A stretch of DNA of 64,000 bases, from assembly GCF_004010195.1 (NCBI RefSeq), contig NC_057728.1, positions 41,954,844-42,018,843 on the forward strand, read 5' to 3'. This DNA is from Chiloscyllium plagiosum. Its lineage: Eukaryota. Below, piece by piece: positions 27,728-41,686 of the stretch; positions within the stretch are counted from its first letter, which is position 1; each line of letters opens with the position of its first letter. The notes below the pieces were generated by a model. That model had not been told where the DNA came from and ran no database searches. It saw only the letters and a list, made by a program, of their open reading frames with translations. The position numbers and the translations under genes are program-made.

Positions 27728-28039
27728 TGAAAACAAGCATTTCAAAAGCAGGGTGAGCAGATTCACAAAAGTTTCACTTTGCATTTTCTTGCCCATAATA
27801 CACAAAGTTTCTCTTTGGCACATTTCAATGATCATCAACGCATAACTGAAATCTACTAAGTTTCCACAGTTGGATATCTTTCCTTTCATTCTAGATTAAT
27901 GTCTTTGCTGCAATGAACTTACCTGAATAAATCAGGTAAATTTTTCCTTGAACTGTCTTGAGCCACGACAGACCAGTCAATCTGATGTCAGTGGTAGGGA
28001 AATTATTGGAAAACATTTGAAGGGACAGGATTATTCAGC

Positions 28040-28820
28040 ACATTAATCGGATCCTGTCTTACAAACTTAACTGAGTTTTTTTTGAAAAGGGGACTAAATC
28101 TATTGATGAGGTCGGTGTAGTTGATGTGGTTTACATGATTTTCAATAGGGTCTTTGACAAGGTGCCACATGGAAAATGTGCAAAAGGTAAGAGCTTGTGG
28201 GATCCAATGCAAGTTGGCAAACTGGATCCAAAAGTGGCGTGCAAACAGGAAGCAACGGGTGATGACGGAGGGATGTGATTGGAAGCCTATAACCAGCAGT
28301 GTATCTCAGGGATCAATGCTCAGATGCTTACTATTTGTTATATATTAATGACTTAGATGTGAATGTAGAAGATATAATTAATAAGTTTGAGAGATGACAC
28401 AAAATGAGTGATGTTTTCCTTGAAGCGGAGGAGACTGAAGTGGGCGGGTGGGGGGGGGGAATCTGTTTGAGGTACGCGTAATTATGAGAGAACACTCCAT
28501 GAGAGGCATAGACAGAGTTGATTGTGAGAATCATTTCCCCATAGCAAGCATGCCTAACACCAGAGGGCATAAGTTTAAGGTGAGGAGGAAGTAGTTTAGA
28601 GGAGATCTGAGAAAAATAATTTTCACCCAGAGGGTGGTAGAAATATAGAACGTGCTGTCTGGCAGGGTGGTAGAGGTAGATACTCTCTCAAAATTCATGA
28701 AGCATCTGGATGAGTACTTAAAATGTTGGGGCACAGGAGGTTTTGCACCTAGTGCAGGTAAATGGGATTAGTGTTGTTTGGTGATTGTTGATCAGCAATG
28801 ATTGGCCATATGACTCTGAG
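28040..28820 (+). mobile_element. decayed CR1 with internal deletion
   Basis: DKVP, NWIQKW..NRKQRV and VSQGSML remnants, then the 3' end. Confidence 0.8.
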
Positions 28821-29536
28821 CTTCCTTATGCCAACCAGTGATGCATAACTGATATTCATGTTTCCAACCTCATGGTGAAAGGGGAGAGGACATAAAAGCA
28901 GTTAGGGATTCCATTCCCTACCATGTAATTCCTGCCTGTGTGTGAATGGCAGGCAAGGACAGGATCAAACCCATCACAATTGAATAGGGTTAGCTACACT
29001 CACATTCTGCAGTGAAGTTTGCCTTGTCAGTGTGGAGGTTAGGTCCAATGTAGTCCCATTCAATATGGATCTTTAAAAGAACTGAGGCCATTTTTTTACT
29101 ACATTATTTTACTTTACTCCGTGGTTTGCCTGCATCATATCTATAGCTTACAGTATCTCCTCCAGCGATGTCTCCACAGAATACTGAAATTCAAATGGGA
29201 AGGCATGAGAGAAGTCTCCAGCAGCCTCACCTAAGCCACATCCTCCATGCATTGCAATTACGATCATACAAACTAAATTCCATTGGCTTGGACATGGAAT
29301 CCACATTCCAAATAATCAGCTTTTGAAACAGATTCTCTTTTCTCAGTTTAAGAATGGCACTTAATCTCAAAGAAGACAAAAAAATTTTTAAGATCTTTCT
29401 GAAGACCTAACCGACTTGGGAGCAACTTGCTGTAAACCATACCATGTGGCAGCATCTCAACCAACAAGTCACAACAGAGTCAGGAACTGACTGCATTAAC
29501 TGTTGCAGAGAACTGACAAAAGCAGAGGGATAGAGA

Positions 29537-29606
29537 GTTTTGAGAAGATGTGTAGCTCAGGTTGAGATTCTGGTTTGCTCGTTGAGCTGGAAGGCTCATT
29601 TTCATT
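29537..29606 (-). mobile_element. 70-bp Penelope terminal fragment with 12-bp TSD gagggatagaga
   Basis: Matches the start of the 1517-2137 element; direct repeat at 29525-29536 and 29607-29618. Confidence 0.8.
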
Positions 29607-31829
29607 GAGGGATAGAGATCAGAATCCTGGCTTGAGCAACTCTTCACTCCACCATCCAAAGACCTGCATCTCTAGGACTGTCCTGCCGGGTCATCCAAGG
29701 ACACACAAATCACGAAACCTGGCAGGGATCACCTTGATTTCAAAGGACTGACAATGGCAGTGGACAGGTTATGTTGAAGAAAACCAGGTTTACAAAAAAA
29801 TCTAAGCACGGGCCAGTACCACAAAGCAGAGCTTTTATAAAATATCTATCAGAATATGGAGCCACAGGAAGATCCAACTCACCCTCCCCACTTCCTGATC
29901 ACATTAGTATTAGTTGAATGGATATAAAAATATTTCATACAGTTATAAAACTTATAGTGATCAGAAACACATTATACAGTTTTTCTAAGTACAAACTTAA
30001 GTTAATTTGTATTGATTCAGTTTTAAATGTACATAGCCTTTATTCCAAACTCTAAAATTATATGAGCCCTTTTTTGAAGTACAATTTAACCTTCTGTTTC
30101 AATTAAATAGATTAATTTAATATCAATTTCTACATTTTGAATCCAGATGGAATCAATTTCACAATTATTTATTTTTAACTAGCATTTAAAAGACACTTCA
30201 ACTTTCTCAATAATCATTGTACATTACATCATTTATATCCTCTGTTTAAACAAGAGCAAAACCTCCAAATTACTATGAATACTGCCATGGGAGATCAGTG
30301 AGCATATGTAAAAGTTCTGCATCTGGCACTTGTCACATTCCTAAACTATCACACTTTGTTACTGATCCAAATAGTTATCCAATTTTCCCTTTAAAGATAC
30401 TTTGGTCTCTATTCCAACTATTCCCTGTGGCAAAGCACTTTATTCCAACAGCCTCTGTGTAAAGAAATTTCTGTTAACATCTTTTCTTGATCTAAGCGAT
30501 AATTTTCAACTGATAACCCTCATCACAGGCACTCCAATTAGAGAATATAGTTGTTGTTATTCAGTCCATCAAAGCCTTTCATAATTTCAAAACCTACATT
30601 TCCTCATCTTTTCTATTGCATTACAATCCTAGATTTTAATTGAGTAAACCATACAAAGTTACAATCTTACGCAACATGACCATCTCTTTTCAAAATTAGA
30701 TCCAATCACCTTTGTTATAGCAAACCTCTTAAAAAGGCAAATGTTTCCTAAATGAGTATTCAGACACTGAATTTATTTTTGGGATTTTGAAAAGAAAGTT
30801 GAAAGTATAATTCAGGAAGATGAATTCTAACTTAACACTTATCATTATCTAATTAAATAAAGGAAAAACACAGGGCTCCTCAAAGCCATCATCAGGACTT
30901 CTTAATGCAAGAGATTGTATGATGATATACTCCTGTCAAAATTAATTCTGGATTCTGTTTCATGCTTCTAGTCTGTGATAAGTGGCAATGACTCAGAATG
31001 GCAGATTGATGATATGTTTGTAAATTTTTTTGAAAATAAACGGAACTATTCAACAGCTGAAAAAAACACAAGTACAGGAGCTTCCAGAGTCAGATAACCT
31101 TTCTAAATTGAAACAGAATCAAGAAAAGGTATAGTGCTATTTGTCGAAGAGGGGACAATGCAGATGGGAGATAGGTGTAATTTGGTGCCCTTTTCATTAA
31201 GTATGTGACTTATTATTACAACAACATGGAGGGTATAATTAAAGGTGCAATTGATCTGACTTCAAGAAATATAAGATGATGCTGTTTAGATTCTAGGGAA
31301 ATACAAGTGTTCAGTTTCAGTAGAGGACAGGCTATTGATTACACATCTTTTGTGGTTTTGTTTTGCACAATCTGCCAGCAACAGACTGGAAGCCAGTAGC
31401 TTCGAGTATCCACAGCACTCAAAGGAACAACTGTCAGCTGCAGTGTACACGCAACACTGGCTCCTAATGCCCCTTTTCAGACCCTGCTCCAAGTTTAATA
31501 TCGATTCGGCTGAGTATTTGACACTGTCTTAAGGCTCAACCAGACTGATCACAATTTTGTTTTACATTCCAGATCATTCAAACAAAGTTTACTTACTTGC
31601 GGTTACTATTCCCAACCTCCATTTCATCACAACCCTTCTACCTTTGAATTTTTGATAAAGTAGTTTTTTGCTACCTCTGAAGTCAACCAGTCCAATGTTT
31701 TCCTTTCTGTCCTGCCATTTTCCATTTGCTTAAAGTTCTGTCGCATTAAGTCTGTCCTAGAGTTCTCGACACAGACTACATTGGCTGGCATCCCACCACA
31801 CACAGAAGTTACAACTGCAATTCAAAATT

Positions 31830-32137
31830 GCAGAGAATAGGACCCGTGGACACAGCCTTAGAATTAGAGGGGGTAAATTCAGAACAGAAATGCGGAGACA
31901 TTTCTTCAGCCAGAGAGTGACGGGCCTGTGGAATTCATTGCCGCAGAGTGCAGTGGAGGCTGGGACGCTAAATGTCTTCAAGGCAGAGATTGATAAATTC
32001 TTGATGTCACAAGGAATTAAGGGCTACGGGGAGAATGCGGGTAAGTGGAGTTGAAATGCCCATCAGCCATGATTAAATGGCGGAGTGGACTCGATGGGCC
32101 AAATGGCCTTACTTCCACTCCTATGTCTTATGGTCTT
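31830..32137 (+). mobile_element. young CR1 3' end
   Basis: RTRGHSLRIRGGKFRTEMRRHFFSQRV, CpGs retained, tail (tatgtct). Confidence 0.9.
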
Positions 32138-34840
32138 AAAATAAATGCAGGATAAGATTTTTGCAAGCTGAAACAAAGGGACAATTTGAAAATCCTTGGG
32201 GACCTCTTGGACCTCTGTTGCATATGTTGGGTGACCAATGCTAGGAATCTGTGAGTCGAGTAGCTGAGGGTAGTCAGGTATGTAATGACATCTGCCAGAA
32301 AAAATTCACCTTGAGTTGGCAACTGTACTAAGACACCCAAGTATTGGAGACAGTAGTCTTGAACCACAGACTTTTGTTTCAATGGCATCTCTAGCTCTTA
32401 TCCGTCAAAAGACTGAAACAAAGTTTTGTTTGTCACAAGTTCCGAACATTCTCTTTTCTCCTCTAATCTTTCTGTGCGGTGCACAATATAAGAGTCATCT
32501 CTATTTAAGGGCCTCCTTTATTTTCATTTGTGCACTGGATTCCAACAATAGGCGTTTTTAGATTGAAACTAGATTTTAAAATAGCAACTGTGCCTAAAGT
32601 TTGGGTGATACTGTTTGCTCCCAGAACTACACGCAGTAAAGCATGAAATCTTTGTGGGAATTCTGGTTGAACATGCTGTCTTTCTTAATGCCAAAAGGTA
32701 GTTTCCAAATGCCTCTAAGACCATATTGTGTCTGGCAGGCATCACTGTCTGCAGCCAGAGGCTGATTCTCTCCTGGCTACCATATGGTCATACCGCTAAA
32801 TGACCCATTATTAGATGTAAATTACCCAAAATAACTATTCACCCCAGCACTTCCTAAAAATCTTCTTATACACTGCCAGCACCATTACTCCCAAGTACTT
32901 CACAAACATTTTGCACTCAAAGCTATCTTATTCAGTGATATTTCACCCCCTCCCCCGACAAGTCAAGCAGTTCAAACAGTGACAACACTTTTTATACAGT
33001 TTTGAAACAGTCTCATCCTTCCAGACACTGGCTTCCATTACAAACTGCTCTTTCACACCAGCCTGTCCCAGGACTCCCTGGTTAGACCTTTCCAAATGAG
33101 GGGATGCTGAAAGGCAATGCAGTGGATATCCAATTGGCAGGAGGCTCTGGATGCTAGTGAATAGGTTTTCTGCACCTTGTGGACATGTTCCAGCATGACA
33201 TTCTAATTCTAGCATCAGAGGGATTTTGAGGTTTGTCAACTATAAGCGGAACACAATCAGTATGGTAAAGGAGAATGGACTCTAGGTAGTGAAAGTGAGG
33301 AGGCAAAACCAAGACCTTTGAGTAGCTTGGAGAAAACCACTGAGGCACCAGGACAATCCTGGCAAAACCAGGGCTGTTGGACACCCTATTTAAATCTCTT
33401 CCTATTTAAATCTACCCAGCTCTGTGACTGCTTCCTGCTGCACATCCCCAGTCTGGCCAGACTTACGTTCTTCTCAATGCTGGCTCGTTGTGTACTCCCT
33501 GTCCCTTAACAAAGCAATTTTGGGGGAGGGTGGGCAGTTAGCACCTATTCCTGAAACTATATGCACTTGTAAATTGTGCAAAGCTTAGGGAATGTTTTCT
33601 CAGAGTTGGCTACATCTAAAGCTCAATTTAACGGTCTGTTGACTAGATGGCTACAGCATGGTGCAGAACAATTTCAACAGCAGGGGTTCAATTGCCATTC
33701 TGGTTAAGGTAGTTCTTGGACCACGCCTCCTCACCTTGCTCCATAGTGATATCATGGCATGAGCTATGTTTTGCGACCTTCAGGTACCAAGATCACAACA
33801 TGGTGGGTGTGAGGGAGTGAGTGACCTCAATTTAGAGTACTCGGCCAGACTTCAGTAATCAAATTCAACATTTTGTCCATTTCTTCTACAACTTTAACTT
33901 CTGACTGGCTTCAGTCCATGTAGTAACAACAAACCCTATGATTGTAACATGGATTCCGACTATTTTCTCTGCTATCCCCTGTCTTCCTTTCAGTAGCAGA
34001 TTTACCCTTGGCCCACCTGAAGTGTTTCCCAGCACCAACTCTGAATTGTTCTTATCCACATCAACAAATTTGGCAAGTCATTCTATTCTCAGCTTATGAT
34101 CGGAAATCTTTCCTTCTGATCCTAGTTTGAAGATAAATTTGTCATTACTTTCACCAACCATTTGTGACAAACGGTAAATGTTTTGATCATAATACTGTAC
34201 AAAGCAGAGCCCAGAGCAATCAGAAAAGCTAAAAGGTCAGACAATGGTAAATTACTGTGATAGAAATCACAGGGAATTAAAGAAGAACATAGGTCCACAA
34301 CAAAATGTCAAACACATACACAAAACTAGTGTGTAATACAACAGTACAAATGTTAATAATATATAAATTTATAAAGGAGGAATCATCCAAATATGTGCAC
34401 AGTCCAATGCCAGAACTTACAGAACCACATCTGCTCTACTCCCAAGATGGCTGTGTGACCTTTGATGCCCTGCAAGTAACCATAGCATTAACTATATATA
34501 AGACAGAGAACCAGTGGTGCTGTCAATCATAATGTTCTACCCAAAACAGGGGTTCTCAATCAAGGTCCATGAGAAGGTCAAGAGGTCTGCCAAAAATAAC
34601 TGAACAACATTCCTGTCTGAGCCAATACCTGATACCACCACCCTTCTGACCTTGTCTAGTTCACACTTCTGGGTTAAATGTAGCCAAACTCATTGCTTGC
34701 TTTATTCACAGCTTTAAACAGGCAAACATTAATCAATAGCACAATTCCAGGCAGACATGTGACAGGTTTGAGCAGTGATGGTGGTAAATGTTGTTAATCT
34801 TCAGATATGGATTGGCAGAGCAAGCTAATGCAGATAGAGA

Positions 34841-36271
34841 AAGATGGATACACTAAGATTAGGCCAGGTCCCGTACCCTGAAGTTATTATCAGCAAAGAT
34901 AATAAAAAGATAGCGGACTTCTTCAGTTCATTTAATAACAGCCAACAGCCCATGAATATTAACTAACTAGTAACAATAAAGTGACCAAAACAGAGGTTCT
35001 CATTTTGGTGCCAGTAATGCTGAAGTTTAGGAGCAAGTTCAGATGGTATTCTATCTCAGTCGACAATGGTAAAAGAAAATCAAACTGCAACTAATTTCCA
35101 GTTATCAATTAAAGGGAGTAGGGTTTATGTGTAACTACGTAAGGCCCCAGGCTGACTCCCCCAGCGCAGACTGGCAGGCTGAGTGGAGGCTCCAGGTTCG
35201 TGGCCAAGGCTGAAGCCCCCAGAGGAGTGGAAGCATTGGTGAAAGAGTTGGTGGAGGACTCTGATGACTGGCTGCAGCGTCTGGAAGAGTGTCAGATTAG
35301 GACTGGAATGTTTGGAACCTGTGTACCCCCAGGCCCATGACTACAGCTCAAATGTGGCAGCTGTGATTGCGGTAGCAGCAGAGACCTATAACTGAGACTC
35401 CACAGCCCATTACAGAACCCCGGGACTTGTTTCACGGACTCCAGCTGATTTCAAGCAGCAACTGGACAAGCAGCAGAAGAGAGAAAGATGAGCTGTATTG
35501 CAGTAAAATCTTGCATTATATTTAATACTTCAAGATGGTGCCGGAGTGTGGCGACACTGTGTATAATACACTGTTCACTATATTTTTTTCCTTACATATG
35601 ATAATAAATCTAAATCTTAAGATGTGATTATGGTCTTTCAAAAATATAACTAAAAATCAGAAGCATTGTGAGATTCTGTCAATCTCGTGAAAGAACCTTT
35701 GAATGCCATTGGTTTGAGTTTTACCTTCCAGAAATGGGACAGTTCAGTCATTTCAGTGATTAAAACACAAAACAAAACCTGGGACAAGACTAGTATCTGT
35801 TTGATTCCAGTATTAATTGAGGTAGGACAAGAATAGAGTTGTATTCTTAAATGAGGCTGCATTTAAATGGTCCTTCTATTTTTAAGCACAGGCAGCTTTC
35901 TGTGGCTTCAGGAAACTTCAGTATACTAAAGGAAAGGAGCCACTGAATGCACCAGCTAGTGTCTGGATTGATAGTCTTGCAATAATACCGTAAGACCATC
36001 ACCTCTCCTTTGCCTGGACTGAGATCAGAAATTGCCCTTCTGATCTTTCAGTTCCTTGATCCCTGACTGATGGTAACACCCTTTAACTTGAATGAAGATT
36101 ATTCCCTTTAGACTTTTGAGAAATGGCCATTGGATGGAAGATGGATACACTAAGATTAGGCCAGGTCCCGTACCCTGAAGTTATTATCAGCAAAGATAAT
36201 AAAAAGATAGCGGACTTCTTCAGTTCATTTAATAACAGCCAACAGCCCATGAATATTAACTAACTAGTAAC
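34841..36271 (+). repeat. perfect 134-bp direct repeat (34841-34974 and 36138-36271)
   Basis: Base-by-base comparison shows the two copies are identical. Confidence 0.95.
35140..35620 (+). mobile_element. probable retroelement 3' end (family not assigned)
   Basis: GC-richer body ending in aataaa-(tctaaa)n tail. Confidence 0.4.
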
Positions 36272-37605
36272 TAGTGTTTGCCGTGTATTCTGTTGGCATG
36301 TGCTGTGGTGTGTGATTGACCTAGCACAGTGTTATACAGCAACATGGCCCTCGCTGTGACTGATGATTGCTGACAAGACAAGGCATGGATCCAGTGAGCA
36401 TTAGAGAAGGCACAGAATGAATAAGCACTAAGAGAACAAGTACAGAGCCCTGAGATGCAGCCTGGTCCAATTCATGAACTGGGTGTTCCTGTGTGCAAAA
36501 CATCCTCACAGCAGTATTCCAAATAAAGTTGCCAGCGTTTTCTAAAGTACAGCTTGAAGTGCACAAGTGTATAGTAAGTGGATTAGAGATCTGCCGTGAT
36601 GATACGGTGAGGCTGGCATATGTCAGATGCCAATGTCTATAGATAGGGTATAGCCACAGCTGGCCTTACAGCATGCCCTGAGATCTTTATACTGTGTCCA
36701 AGATGAAGGTCTGAAGGAGCAAGCTATGAGTTGAAATCATTAGGTCACCTCACTGACTTTCAGGTTGTGAACGGTTGCTATGCAGTATCCATCCTGCTGT
36801 TGGGAGAATGGAAACTACATATTAATGAGGTGAGATTAACTAATAATGATTAATGAAATGTTAATGCATACTGCAAACAGATCTTTCTCTGCACACTAAC
36901 AAGAACCTTGCCTTGCCGTTCAACACTTACAGTTAGAAAATGGGTCTTTTTGCTCTCGATGTGAAAAAGCCCCTCACTGGCCATCTCACACAATTCTCGC
37001 CATGGGCAATATTTCTCAATAGCTGGGAAGATTCTGCACTCAGTCTTTCTTCAGAAAAACGTATTGACATTTATTAATTAAAATAACTATTTATACTGCT
37101 GCAGACCGACACAGAATCTGGGTTTGTGCTTACTGAATATAGGTATATATAGCTGCAATAACAACAATAAGGATGCTACTACTGGCGAGATGGGTACTTT
37201 TATGTCACATGTCATGATATCAGGTACACAGCTTTTCCATTCTGGAATCGTTGCAAGAAAACAATGGGACATTTTCCAGCTTGCTGCATTTTGATTGGTA
37301 GAAAGGCCATTGAATGGCATATTTTTCACTCAGGAATGGAAATAGAGGCAATCCCTCCTGCCCCTGGAGGCAGGCACAGGGGCACCAGAGAGCCTTGGCA
37401 GACTAATTAAAAGGCCTGCCTCATGCCTCCACCTACCCCATGCCATTATAGCCTTAAGCCAATTTCTGTCTCTTCCATGTCCATTCACTCACCATGCCCC
37501 CTCTCCCTCCAATTGGCCCTTACAGCCCAGAAATCAATTTGTGGTCTTTCCATGTCCATTCATCGATATACACAGTGTAGGACCAACTAGCCTATACTAA
37601 CAATG

Positions 37606-38036
37606 ATTTGGAGGTGCCGGTGTTGGACTGGGGTGTACAAAATTAAAAATCACACAACACCAGGTTATAGTCCAACAGGTTTATTTGGAAGCACTAGCTT
37701 TCAGAGCGCTGCTCCTCCATCAGGTGGTTGTGGAGCATAAGATGCACAATTTATTGGAAAAGATTACAGTGCCATGCAACTGAAATTATACATTAAAAAG
37801 GATTGATCCAGGTCTTTTTCAATATATGCAACTCAAATTATATATTGAAAAAGACCTGGATCAATCCTTTTTTAATATTAAATTTCAGTTGCATCACACA
37901 GTAAATTTTTGCTATAAATTTTGAGTCTTACAATCTTACACTTCACAACCACCTGATGAAGGAGCAGCACTCCGAAAACTAGCACTTCCAAATAAATCTG
38001 TTGGACTATAACCTGGTGTTGTGTGATTTTTAACTT
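37606..38036. mobile_element. Penelope-derived fold-back element, 13-bp TSD tatactaacaatg
   Basis: ~190-bp inverted arms (37639-37827 / 37840-38036), 12-nt loop, ~33-nt unpaired extension. CTGATGA-AGGAG..CTCC-GAAA at 37953-37977. TSD at 37593-37605 and 38037-38049. Confidence 0.88.
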
Positions 38037-39324
38037 TATACTAACAATGGCATTTGAAGAGAACTAACCACTCTCAAATCTTAACTTGGAAAGAAAAATT
38101 GGCATAGTTTCTAAATTACTGCTAGCATTTATTTGTGCCTGGAAATGAACCAACCATAATGTAAATTTAATTTGAGATCGCCTGGTGTTGCTCAGGCTTG
38201 CTGGAAAGATGCCTTCGATAAAAGTTCAAAAATATTTTGCTGACCTCCAGACATCATTGTTTACAAGAAACAGATACGTTTAACAATTGCTTTAAATTAT
38301 GCCATTTGTAAGAACTTACAGTAACACAAATCAAAAGTCTGTGCACTTTATAAAAAATGTAATAGGTGCTTATAATTAAGACAGTATGCTTAACTGCATA
38401 CCTCCAAAGAAGTGACAATGCCTTTACACTGATGTTTGGTACTTTTGATGACAAATGCAACTGTAGTTTCTCTTAATCATAACATGCAACACAGGAAGTT
38501 AGAATGGCCTGTAGAGAATCAAGGTAAAAGGAGTGTAAAGGCTGTAATGAATAGAGTCAGGTGTTCTACTCCATTCATAATGTACTTAACATTCCATCCC
38601 CTTTGACCTGAGAGGCCATGTTAAGTTCCTGTAGTGATGTTGTGGACTAAATAACTTGGTACCTTGGTCGTCTTTAGTTTCAAGTGCACGTTTTCAAGCT
38701 GTGATGTGACTTCATCAGTATGGTCATTTTTAACTTGAGGATTTCTAGGCATTCACATTCACACCCAAAAAAGATGGTGGTTTCCAAGTTTTTTTTTTAA
38801 ACTACAAAATTGAGTATTTTCTCGGTGGCTTCCAAAAGCAGTTCTCTGCCATTTCAGTACAGCCACCAGACGTAGGAAGGTTACAAGTCCATATAGAACA
38901 CCATTCAGAACAGCCTTTATATTAATCAGGAATTACTCTTGGTGTGGTCATTAATAATCAGAAATTATGAGCATTGTACTTGAAGTGGATTTCAATGTGG
39001 GCAAGGCGTGCTAATTTTACTCAGATTTCTCCAAACAATAGCTCTATTTTCTTAGAACTGTTTAGCCAGCAGATTCAGTTTAGCTGCAGTCACAACAGAT
39101 TCAATGTTTACATCAATCATGCCAAACAAAGCAGACACCAATGGAATGAGTTAGGGTTGGATGGATGAGGATCTCTGCTCCTTACTGTTTACAACACAGA
39201 ATAAAAAAGGATAACAAATGAATAGGAGTATTACAAAATTATACTATTATTCTTCTTCTTTGTTTATTTGTACAAATAGGACACACAGAAACATCTTAAG
39301 CTTATTCAAAGAAAATAAACTGAT

Positions 39325-39492
39325 ATTTATAAGGTGTCTCTCATCAATGAAAGCCATAACAAAGCACTTTACGGCCAACTAAGTATTTTTGAAGTGTAGT
39401 CACTGTTGCAATATATGAAACATAGTATTCAGTTTGCACACAGCAATCTCCTACAAACAGCAATGTGATCATGACCAGATAATCGCTTTTAT
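39325..39492 (-). mobile_element. AmnSINE/Deu-SINE-like 3' region
   Basis: Resembles the recalled tail ttgctgtgcgcaaattggctgcc...gtgactacacttcaaaagtact...gtaaagcgctttg. Confidence 0.55.
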
Positions 39493-40039
39493 TGAGGTTG
39501 AATCACTGTTGACAATTATTGCCAAATGAAGGTCATCGCATGTACAAAGTCCTCAATAAGTAGAGGATGTTCCAGCTCAATTTCTGATGTGAAGTCTATG
39601 TTATCCAGAAACATGATAAAGAGAAATTAGTACAGGGTGTCCTCACCTAACTTTGGTTTGTATTCCTGAAAAATCGCAAATTTCAGTTAACAGAGTTGTG
39701 AGCGAAATATCAATTCCTATTGGAATAGGGGCTGCCCTGCCCTGTTGTAGGCCAGGAGGTGGGGGAGCTGCTGAGCTGACTGGCAACTGTACAGGTTGGG
39801 CTGATTGCTATCTAGCTTTGACATGACTGGGAGAAGCAATGGCAGCGTGAACTGTTTCTAGCAAGTTGGTGTTGGATGATGGTATAGCAGCCACATTGGA
39901 GCCTGGGGGTTGGGTTTCGGGGTGAAGGCCTGAGGCAGCAGTGCTGCATGGGAAGAGGCTGCAAGTGACAAGGTCTGGAGCAGTCTCAAAACTAAGAGAA
40001 GGAAGGGCGATGCCAATGTAACACCTGGTAAGTGACTGC

Positions 40040-40245
40040 AATAAACATTAGATCTAGGAGTTACCTATTCAGCCCCTCGATCCTACTCTGCCATTTAATA
40101 CAATCTTGGCTGATCTCGCCTTGGCCTCAACTCCACTTTCATGCCCACTCTCCATAACTCTTTAATCCATTACTAATTCAAAATATGTCTATTTCCTGCT
40201 TAATCTTACTCAATGTCCCAGTGTCCACAACACTCTGGGGTGACA
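40040..40245 (-). mobile_element. CR1 3' UTR fragment
   Basis: Typical CR1 3' UTR; followed by a plus-strand SINE tail at ~40270-40355. Confidence 0.6.
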
Positions 40246-40865
40246 CTAAGCCCACAACAATATGGTTCACTTCCTAACTGCCCTCTGGGCAATTAGGGGA
40301 TGGACAGTGAACCCTGGCCTAACCAGTGATGTCTGCATTCCATGAACAAATAGAAAATGCCCCAAAATTACAAAACTTCTGTCAGAGATTGCAAATCTTT
40401 AAAAATTGTGAAAAAGTGTTTGCTGCAGTTTTATTTCTGCAAAGTTGAACTTATTATTTTTCCAATTTTAACAAAAACATAACACTGATGAATATTTAAA
40501 TGCTGCAATTATTAAGATTAAAAATGTTTGTGGTTTATTTCAGGTGCACTTCATAAAATACCAAGTGCTAGTACAAGTCAGTTCCTAATCCACCCAATGT
40601 CAATTAATTGTGGTAGAATTATTTGAGAAATTCCACACACATTACAAACTAACCTCTAAGAGCCAGCAATGATTTTTAAACTGATGTTCTTATTATTCTT
40701 ACTAAATCTAGGCTTACAGACAAACTTAAATGTCTTATTTTCTTTGAGGATCTCTGTTCTGGCAGAAGAACAGAGAATTCAAAGAACTAGGGAACTAAAA
40801 TCCAAATGTCAAAAAAAAACACCTGCTGAAACTTTTTCTTTGGTGCACCTCTTCATTAATCACTC

Positions 40866-41140
40866 TTTTTTTCATTCATGCGATGAGAATATCACTGGGT
40901 AGGCCAGTCTTTAATATCCATCCCACATTTCTGAGAGTCGCACACAGACCAGGTAAGAATGGTAGTTTATTTTCCCCTAAAGGACATTAGTGAACCAGAA
41001 GGATTTTGCCTGGTCTCATTAGATTTTGTGTTGAATTCAAATTCCCCCATCTGCCAAGACAGGATTCGAACCCAGGACCCCAGAACATTACCTGGATCAC
41101 TGGATTAACAATCCAGCAATAATACCACTAAGCCGCTGCT
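40866..41140 (-). mobile_element. tRNA-derived SINE (SacSINE1/Deu-SINE-like)
   Basis: B box GGTTCGAATCC on the minus strand; same family as 13540-13858. Confidence 0.75.
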
Positions 41141-41686
41141 TTCAACAGATTTCATATTTTAGACTACTTCATGTGATGAACAAACTGATGAGTTAATCCA
41201 ACAGACCCCAGAAATACTTTGACGAAACAGTTGTCAACAATTACAGGCAAAACAAGGGCATGTACGGTTTTACCCTCATTTTAAAAAATTTAAAACAAAA
41301 GGTTGGTGCCGAGTGAGACTAAATTTTGAATACTCTCGAGTGATTGCAATAATTAGGCTAAACATCAAAGACAGGCCATTGTAACTCAACAATCATCAGT
41401 TTCCAGTCACACAGGAGAACAAATATGACATTCAATTTTTCAAAACCCCTGTTCCACCAATCAATTGGATCACAGTTAACCTATAACTTACTTCCATTTT
41501 CTCACCACAATTCCATAATTCTTAACGCTCTTGCCTGAAAAATAGATGATCAATCTCAATTTTGAACTTTTCAAATGATCAAACCTCAATTTTTGGGGGG
41601 GAAATGTGGGCACCACACCTTGGGAAGGTGTGGCCTTAGAGGGAGTACATATAGGTTTACAAGAATGATACTTGGACTTAAGGGGT

